Positions 57,656 to 64,000 of a stretch of DNA of 64,000 bases are shown here, piece by piece. Under the pieces are notes generated by a model. It had not been told where the DNA came from and ran no database searches. It saw only the letters and a list, made by a program, of their open reading frames with translations. Within the stretch, counting starts at the first letter, position 1; every line of letters starts with the position of its first letter. The DNA is from an uncultured Nitrososphaerota archaeon (GTDB lineage: Archaea; Thermoproteota; Nitrososphaeria; Nitrososphaerales; Nitrosopumilaceae): NCBI GenBank assembly GCA_963701075.1, contig OY969559.1:896001-960000 (forward strand), in the 5' to 3' direction. A program made the translations under genes and the position numbers.

Positions 57656-58668
57656 ATGGCAAAAACAAACAAAACTAAACAAGTCTTTCTTGATGATTCC
57701 TATCATGAAAATATGTTGTCCGAAAAAATGGATGAAGTTTTAGATGCAACATCGCCAAAATGTCCCATCTCAGGATGTACAGGGGAACCAATAATCACCG
57801 ATACTTCATCTGGGGAGATAATTTGCGGTTCTTGTGGACGTGTTCTTCTTGAAAAATCCATAGATCCAAATCCTGAGCATATCTCTGATGCATCAGAGTT
57901 TGTCTCAAAGACAAGAACTGGACCGGAACAATCGCTTACCATGTATGATATGGGAATGATGACAGTTATTTCCAATAAAGACGCAATGGGTAATTCGTTG
58001 TCTCAGCTATATGAAAAACACTTTTGGCAGATTGAAGATACTTAACAGCAGAAGTAGGACCGCATCATCTAACAGGACATTGAGATCAGACTCTGCTGCT
58101 TCTTTATTCTCTCAAAACAAAATTGGGGCTTCCTGACTCGACAGCTGAGAATGCTGCATATCTTTACCGTAAAGCTATGCAGAAGAGAATTACAGTAGGG
58201 CGTAGTGCAAAAGGTCTAATGTGTGCCTCTCTTTATCTGGCATGTCGACAGACTACAATCCCTCGTTCTCTTTCTGATGTGTCTCACGCCGCAAATGTAA
58301 GCAAGAAGGAGGTCAGTCGGGCTTGTAGAAATCTAATTGAAAATCTTGAAATGTCTTTGGATCCATGTAATGCCTCCGAATTTGTTACCAAAATAGCAAA
58401 TGAGGCAAATATCAGCGAAAAGACACGAAGGGACGCGTTAAGGACTCTTGCACAGTTGGCTCAAAAAGGAACTTCTGCAGGTAAGAATCCAATGGCACTG
58501 GCTGCTGCAACACTTTACTTGGCATGTCTTCTAAACGGAGAGAAAAAAACACAATCTGAGGTAGCAAAAGCTTCGGGTATAACTGCCGTGACTATAAGAA
58601 ACCGATATTCAGCATTAAAAAAAGAGCTTGGACTTGAGACTAATGAAGACCTAGAAAGCCTAAACTAG
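57656..58668 (+). CDS. tfb: Transcription initiation factor IIB paralog (two extra bases, at 58004 and ~58090)
   Basis: Zn ribbon CPISGC..GEIICGSCG, RTGP, cyclin repeats (GRS, PRSL, GKNP, TIRNRY). Removing two bases gives a 336-aa frame. Confidence 0.9.
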
Positions 58669-58746
58669 GAAAAATTTAGTTTTTGATACTATACCTTGAG
58701 TCTAATGCCAAAAGTATTTTGTAGAATTACTTGTTAAATATTTAAT

Positions 58747-59325
58747 TTAACCAAGAGTTCTGGAGTGTTTCTGAGTATGGGGTCGTTCTCCTGGATATTT
58801 TCTTCTCATGTGCCCAGAAGGTCTTCCGTACAATAATTCAAGAAACCATGCCTCGTGCTCTATCTCTTCTCTTAGTATATCTTTTGCAACATCGTATGTT
58901 GCAGGGTCTTTACCATGTGTCATCTTGCATACTTTGTTCCAGTTTACAATTGCTCCTTGTTCTGCCTTTAGACATTTTTCAAGTATTGCCTTGGTGTCAG
59001 TTGGGTTTGTCGGCAGTTGCAAAAACTCGCATCCTGACATCTTGATAAAGTCTTGAGCATTAATTGGTAAAGTTCCTCCCAATTCATAAATTCTCGAAAG
59101 GCATGATTCAAAGTGACTTAGATCTTCTAACCTTGCATCCTCTATTACTCCTTTCAATCCCTCCCCTTCCATTCCTGTACAGTGAGCTCTGAGATTTGTA
59201 AAATAGTAATAAGCAGTAAACTCAACTGACGCGTTGTAGACTAGTGCGTTGATCAACTCCTTTGTGTTTATGCCATTCTGTTCTAGTATTTTGACACCGA
59301 CAACGTTTAATTCTTTTTTCGTCAC
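58747..59325 (-). CDS. Dps-like (DpsL) ferritin-family protein
   Basis: EFTAYYY, EDARLEDLSH, AEQGAI and EEIEHEAWFLE..PSGH motifs. Confidence 0.88.
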   Translation of the reverse strand: MTKKELNVVGVKILEQNGINTKELINALVYNASVEFTAYYYFTNLRAHCTGMEGEGLKGVIEDARLEDLSHFESCLSRIYELGGTLPINAQDFIKMSGCEFLQLPTNPTDTKAILEKCLKAEQGAIVNWNKVCKMTHGKDPATYDVAKDILREEIEHEAWFLELLYGRPSGHMRRKYPGERPHTQKHSRTLG

Positions 59326-59417
59326 AGATACGATTCAGGCTTGCTGGAAAATATAAAGAGATCGCTTGGGCTTAAGTTTATAATAGTTAGATGACTAATC
59401 ATTAGGTATCTATTGAT

Positions 59418-59894
59418 ATGACAAAATATGATTTTGAATCTAGTGTGGGATTTGTAGTAAACAATACAGCAAAGGCATTTCAAAAAACACTAGATTTCGA
59501 ACTTAGAAGAAACGTGGGAGTAACACTTAGTCAGTGGCGCGTAGTCGCATCCCTAGTACAACAACCAGGTCTGACTCAGAAGGAAATTGCAGACAAAGTG
59601 GGAGTTGAAGGTGCTACACTTGTGCCAATAATTGACAAAATGGAAAAAGAAGGACTACTCAAAAGAAAACCAGACTCAAAGGACAGGCGAGTAAACAGAA
59701 TCTACCTGACCCAAAAAGCAGATTCTTTATGGAATTCAATGACAGAGTGTGCCATTTACATCCGAAAAGTTTCTGCCAAGGATATATCTGAAGACAAACT
59801 TGAAACCACATTGGAGACACTGCGCAAGATATCAAAAAATCTGTCAACATATTTTGAGGCTAACATATCTATGGAAGTTTCAAGGAAAAAATAG
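59418..59894 (+). CDS. MarR-family regulator
   Basis: TLSQWRV..LTQKEIA..IDKMEKEGL..DRRVNRIYLT. Confidence 0.93.
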   Translation: MTKYDFESSVGFVVNNTAKAFQKTLDFELRRNVGVTLSQWRVVASLVQQPGLTQKEIADKVGVEGATLVPIIDKMEKEGLLKRKPDSKDRRVNRIYLTQKADSLWNSMTECAIYIRKVSAKDISEDKLETTLETLRKISKNLSTYFEANISMEVSRKK

Positions 59895-59907
59895 AGGATA
59901 AAATAAA

Positions 59908-61392
59908 ATGGTAATGTCAAAGAATCCGAAAGACGTTTCTTCTGATAAGATATCCTCGCGAGCATGGAAGACTCTCATAATTCTAAGCTTGCTTGCAACA
60001 ATGGCCATGTATGCCGAAACAATGCTTGTACCAGCAATTCCAGACCTGATAAAAGATTTTCATATTTCTTATGGTACATCATCGTGGATCCTAACAACAT
60101 ATCTTCTAGCTGGAGCAATCATGACTCCCATTGCAGGCAAGATGTCCGACATCTATGGAAAGAAAAAGATGCTGCTTGTTATCGTGGTAATTTATACAAT
60201 AGGTGTTTCACTGGGAGGTTTTGTTACAAATATCTATGAGATGCTAACAGTCCGAATAATACAGGGAATTGGAATGTCCATGTTCCCAATAGCTTTTGGA
60301 ATGATCAGGGAACAATTTCCTATAAAAAAACTTGCAATAGGACAGGGAATAATAACTTCAATGTTTGCCGGAGGAGCAGTAATAGGACTAGTTGCAGGAG
60401 GACATTTGATTCAAAACTATGGTTGGCAATCTACTTTCTTCTCAATAATTCCAATTGCGCTTGCACTGATAGTAGTAATCAAGAGGTTCATACATGTAGA
60501 CGAGGTTCATCCTCAATGGAAGATTGAGAACTCCACAGAGCCTAACATCATGCCAAAAAATGGTATTGACATTCAGGGCGCTGTGACTCTGGCTGTATCT
60601 GTAACTGCATTTTTGATGGCCCTAACCTTTGTCGAGACAGGTGACTCGGCAGGATCTTCGACCACTATAGGTCTTGCTGTGATTGGAATTGTTTACATGG
60701 TTCTCTTTGCAATAATTGAAAAGAGATCAAAATACCCGCTAGTAGATCTCAAAATACTTCTCAACAAGACAATACTTCCGTCAAACATACTGATAATGAT
60801 TGTAGGCATGTCGATGTTCATGGTTTTTCAGACTATACCTGTACTGATTCGAAGCCCAGTACCGCTGGGGTTTGGGGCAGATCCAGTGGCTACCACAAAT
60901 GTACAACTCCCATTTGCTCTTGTTCTGCTAATCTTTGGCCCAACTTCTGGTTTTATCATATCAAAGATGGGTTCTACAAAGCCGATAATAGTTGGTAGCA
61001 TAATCAGTGCTGCAGGATTTGCCAGTCTTTTCATGTATCATTCAACAGAGTTTATGATCTCGACAAGTCTTGCAATACTATCTACAGGCCTGTCACTTAC
61101 CAATGTAGGTGCAATGAATGTAATCATGGTTGCAACACCAAAACAAAACGTAGGGGTATCGTTGGGGATGAGCACCTTGATTAGAATAATTGGTGCATCA
61201 GTGGGACCTGCAATGGCTGGAATGTTCATGCAAACTCACAAGACTTCGCTTCCAGGCATAGTTGGCACGTTTCCAACTCCGGATTCTTACAACCTGATAT
61301 TTCTTATTGCTACAATTGTTGCCATAGCATCAATCGGGCTTGCCATATTTTTGAGCAGATCTGTCTCGAAAACTGCAATTCATATCAAATGA
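59908..61392 (+). CDS. MFS transporter (DHA2-like, ~14 TM)
   Basis: GKMSDIYGKKK motif A, RIIQGIG, W...F and PLVDL; in an operon with marR. Confidence 0.92.
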   Translation: MVMSKNPKDVSSDKISSRAWKTLIILSLLATMAMYAETMLVPAIPDLIKDFHISYGTSSWILTTYLLAGAIMTPIAGKMSDIYGKKKMLLVIVVIYTIGVSLGGFVTNIYEMLTVRIIQGIGMSMFPIAFGMIREQFPIKKLAIGQGIITSMFAGGAVIGLVAGGHLIQNYGWQSTFFSIIPIALALIVVIKRFIHVDEVHPQWKIENSTEPNIMPKNGIDIQGAVTLAVSVTAFLMALTFVETGDSAGSSTTIGLAVIGIVYMVLFAIIEKRSKYPLVDLKILLNKTILPSNILIMIVGMSMFMVFQTIPVLIRSPVPLGFGADPVATTNVQLPFALVLLIFGPTSGFIISKMGSTKPIIVGSIISAAGFASLFMYHSTEFMISTSLAILSTGLSLTNVGAMNVIMVATPKQNVGVSLGMSTLIRIIGASVGPAMAGMFMQTHKTSLPGIVGTFPTPDSYNLIFLIATIVAIASIGLAIFLSRSVSKTAIHIK

Positions 61393-61398
61393 AAAGTT

Positions 61399-62220
61399 TT
61401 AGGACTGGCTTGTAACGCCTTGACTCTCAGACTTGGCTTTAAGTAGGCCTAGTTCGTTTTTGACCGTCTCATATTCTACTCTTGTTCGAGCCAGCGCAGT
61501 CTTTACTACTTCCAACTCTTTTTTTGCAGCTTCATACTTTGAATTTAGCGCAGCTGCTACAGCGCCAGCCGCTTCTACAATTTTCCTAGAATCATCCTTT
61601 TTGCCAACTGTGGCAAGTTCTTTTTCTATGAATTCTAATTCATTTTTGGTTATCAGAATCTCTTTTTTCTTTAATTCTTGTTGGGCTTTCAAAGAATCAA
61701 GTTCTGTTTTTGCTTTTTGCACGGCAGTATGTATCTCGCTCATCTCTTTCTTGGCATCATCTATTTCTGACTGGGTTTTTTCAAGTTCTATAGTCTTGCT
61801 TTCTTTTTGAGAATCAATTGAAGCCAACTCGTCCTTTACTTGTTGAATTTGTTGTTTGATCACGTCAACATCCTTTTGATTGTACTGAGATTTTACCATC
61901 TCAAGATCAGATTTAGCTTTTTTAATCTGTTCCATGTATGATTCTCGCTCTGTCCTGTTTGAAGTAATTTCTACTCTTAAGGAATCAAGCTCTTCTTTTA
62001 CAGTCTTGCTTTCTTTTATAATGGCATCAAGTTCTGTTTTTGCATGTTCGATCTCTCTAGCATGTGATTCCAACACGAGAGCATTTTCCTGAATCTCTTT
62101 TTCCAATTGGTTTATCTCATTCTGTAATTGTTCTTTTTGAATCTGCTCTGTGGTCTTTACTTGGATAGTTTCTTTTGCAACTTCTTCTGATTCCTTCTTC
62201 GAGCGACCAAAAAGTCCCAT
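61399..62220 (-). CDS. Long coiled-coil protein
   Basis: Heptad-rich E/K/Q sequence; MGLFGR N-terminus; IVEAAGAVAAAL segment. Confidence 0.75.
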   Translation of the reverse strand: MGLFGRSKKESEEVAKETIQVKTTEQIQKEQLQNEINQLEKEIQENALVLESHAREIEHAKTELDAIIKESKTVKEELDSLRVEITSNRTERESYMEQIKKAKSDLEMVKSQYNQKDVDVIKQQIQQVKDELASIDSQKESKTIELEKTQSEIDDAKKEMSEIHTAVQKAKTELDSLKAQQELKKKEILITKNELEFIEKELATVGKKDDSRKIVEAAGAVAAALNSKYEAAKKELEVVKTALARTRVEYETVKNELGLLKAKSESQGVTSQS

Positions 62221-62289
62221 TAATAGGACTTGTTGTGTATGGTAAGAAAAGTATTCCTCTTTTGCAGTACGACACGACTTGGATAAATG

Positions 62290-62478
62290 CTACTTTTTCT
62301 TCTTCAGGAAGCTTATGTAAAACCCAAATCCGCCAACCACAAATCCAAGTATGATTATGGCCAGACCGCCAATTATGTCGTTTTTGAAATAGTTTGGAGC
62401 AAATATGAAAATGAATATTCCAATTACGATTAGGATCATGCCACTTCCTTTAGGTCTATTGTGTTCGCTGTGTGCCAT
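62290..62478 (-). CDS. Small two-TM protein
   Basis: 62 aa, directly downstream of lysS. Confidence 0.65.
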   Translation of the reverse strand: MAHSEHNRPKGSGMILIVIGIFIFIFAPNYFKNDIIGGLAIIILGFVVGGFGFYISFLKKKK

Positions 62479-62480
62479 GA

Positions 62481-64000
62481 CTATATGTGATCAGAGATTG
62501 CAAGGGCAGCTTTTTCTCTTCCGATATCTAGTATGAATGGGCCTAGCTTTGGTCCTCTGTCCGAAGCCAATATTATTTGATATAAAATCTTGAAAAAGTC
62601 TTTAGGTTGAACTCCGTTGCTTTTTGCAATATTGTATATAGCATTTTGTAGATCTTCAGGCTTGCTTTCTACAGACAAGACATTTGTCAGTTCTACCAAA
62701 GCTTTCTTTGACATGTCGTCTATCTGAATTTCAACTTTTGTTGGCTTGTCAAAGTCATCTGCATAATTTGCTGCCAATGTTATCAACTCATCAATTTCTG
62801 GCGATGATTCTTTTATGGTTCCATATTCCATAAGCTTCTTTGTTACTTTGGAAACTCTGTCCTCTCTGAATATAGTACACAATTGAACCAACAATCTGTA
62901 ATTTACATGTGGTGTAGGATTTTTTGGGGGGTTTAGCAGGTTCACGTATTCATACAGACCTTTTGTCCTGGTTGTCTTGTTCTCATTGTCAAGTTTTATT
63001 TTTTCGAAGTAAATGTTTTCAAGTTCGTGATATTCGTCCATTAATACAGGAATATCATCAAATCCTACTTCACGTGTTCCAGTTATTCGTTTGTACAAAA
63101 GCAAGAGGATTGACTTGGGTGTTCCGTATCTCAACCAAGCCTGTGATGTTACAACATTTCCAAGTGACTTTGATATCTTTTTTCCACCCTTGTCCAAAAA
63201 CATCTCATATCTAACATGGGTAGGATGTTGGAAATTTAGTATCTCGTCTGCCACCCAGTCATTGACCTTGACAGAATCCATGATGTCTTTTCCATACGCT
63301 TCAAATCTGATGTCAAATGCTTGCCATCTTGCTGCAAATTCTACTTTCCATGCAAGCTTTCCCAAATCTTTTGTAATATCTGCGATGCCATCATGCCCGC
63401 ATCCTTCAAGAATTTTGGAACCAATTGTGGTTCCGCTACACTTGTATTTGATCTTCTTTTCATCTGGAAGATATTCATAAGCAATCGCAGTATACAGTCT
63501 TCCACAGTTTGTACAAACAGGAAAATATGGTAGAGTTTCCTGGTATTTTTCTTGTCCTACCAACTCTGCAATTTTTTCTCCAATTTTTTTGCTATTTGTC
63601 AGAATGGTATGGATTTGATCTTTTAGCAAGCCATTTCTGTAAGTGTCAACTCCCCGCTGGAACTTGTACTTGATTCCAAGTTTGTCAAGTCCATCTAAGA
63701 GTAGACTACTCATGTGCAACCCATAAGAATCGTGACATCCAAACGGATCGGGAATAAACGAAACAGGTTTTGCAATGTGCTCTTTTAACCATTCTGGAAA
63801 CCCTTCAGGAATTTTTCTCAGTCCGTCAAGATCATCTGAATAGGCAACAAGCTCTGACTTGAACCCAAAGTTTTCAAGTGCAAGCTTTACACCATATGCC
63901 CTAACTGCATCTCCTAGACTTCCAATGTGAGGAATTCCAGATGCGCCAAGACCGCTCTCGACTCTTATCATGTCAGTGCTTCTTCCAAGAGACCTTTCTC
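62481..64000 (-). CDS. lysS: Class I lysyl-tRNA synthetase (5' end beyond the window)
   Basis: SGIPHIGS (HIGH), KISKSLGN (KMSKS), W.VEFAARW and GPKLG motifs; the frame is open to the window edge. Confidence 0.96.
   Translation of the reverse strand, partial: ERSLGRSTDMIRVESGLGASGIPHIGSLGDAVRAYGVKLALENFGFKSELVAYSDDLDGLRKIPEGFPEWLKEHIAKPVSFIPDPFGCHDSYGLHMSSLLLDGLDKLGIKYKFQRGVDTYRNGLLKDQIHTILTNSKKIGEKIAELVGQEKYQETLPYFPVCTNCGRLYTAIAYEYLPDEKKIKYKCSGTTIGSKILEGCGHDGIADITKDLGKLAWKVEFAARWQAFDIRFEAYGKDIMDSVKVNDWVADEILNFQHPTHVRYEMFLDKGGKKISKSLGNVVTSQAWLRYGTPKSILLLLYKRITGTREVGFDDIPVLMDEYHELENIYFEKIKLDNENKTTRTKGLYEYVNLLNPPKNPTPHVNYRLLVQLCTIFREDRVSKVTKKLMEYGTIKESSPEIDELITLAANYADDFDKPTKVEIQIDDMSKKALVELTNVLSVESKPEDLQNAIYNIAKSNGVQPKDFFKILYQIILASDRGPKLGPFILDIGREKAALAISDHI

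Noticed and set aside
4203-58668. Split NUDIX, aroA, NHL and tfb genes as true pseudogenes or programmed frameshifts
   Set aside because: All breaks are single-base insertions at AGCT with otherwise intact frames and no slippery sequences. A systematic sequencing artefact is more parsimonious.
549-63533. Numerous 60-150 aa ORFs antisense to or overlapping well-supported genes (e.g. 2265-2567, 10065-10469, 34934-35329, 61433-61810)
   Set aside because: These are shadow ORFs with no motifs, fully explained by the coding strand opposite.

Overview
This is an archaeal chromosome segment, most consistent with an ammonia-oxidising Nitrososphaerota (Thaumarchaeota) genome. The evidence is the archaeal shikimate enzymes, Alba, TFB, class I LysRS and PEFG-CTERM proteins; a Nitrosotalea/Nitrosopumilales-like assignment is inference. 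Bases 1-24.7 kb are core genes: thiDN/thiC, a complete archaeal shikimate-chorismate-tyrosine cluster, mqnC and ubiD, an orphan beta-class DNA methyltransferase, bcp, an aquaporin and tRNA-Arg(GCG). After the tRNA comes an accessory region. It holds an AAA-ATPase/TOPRIM (OLD/PARIS-like) gene split by an 874-bp IS5-family element, a 15-repeat mosaic TPR gene, unannotated microproteins, a bacterial-type fabI, an ADH-pirin-HxlR module, rlmN and many secreted or metal-binding orphans. The window ends with tfb, a Dps-like gene, marR-MFS and lysS. Main hidden signals: (1) Seven promoters share one architecture, AACA-n-TGTT-N4-AACA plus a 12-nt box directly before a TATA-like element. One precedes a tandem ribbon-helix-helix-like regulator pair, one a probable structured small RNA, and several precede His/Met-rich exported proteins, which suggests an undescribed regulon. 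(2) All seven clear single-base frameshifts sit at AGCT sites, probably a base-calling footprint of AGCT DNA methylation. (3) There are two candidate structured ncRNAs.
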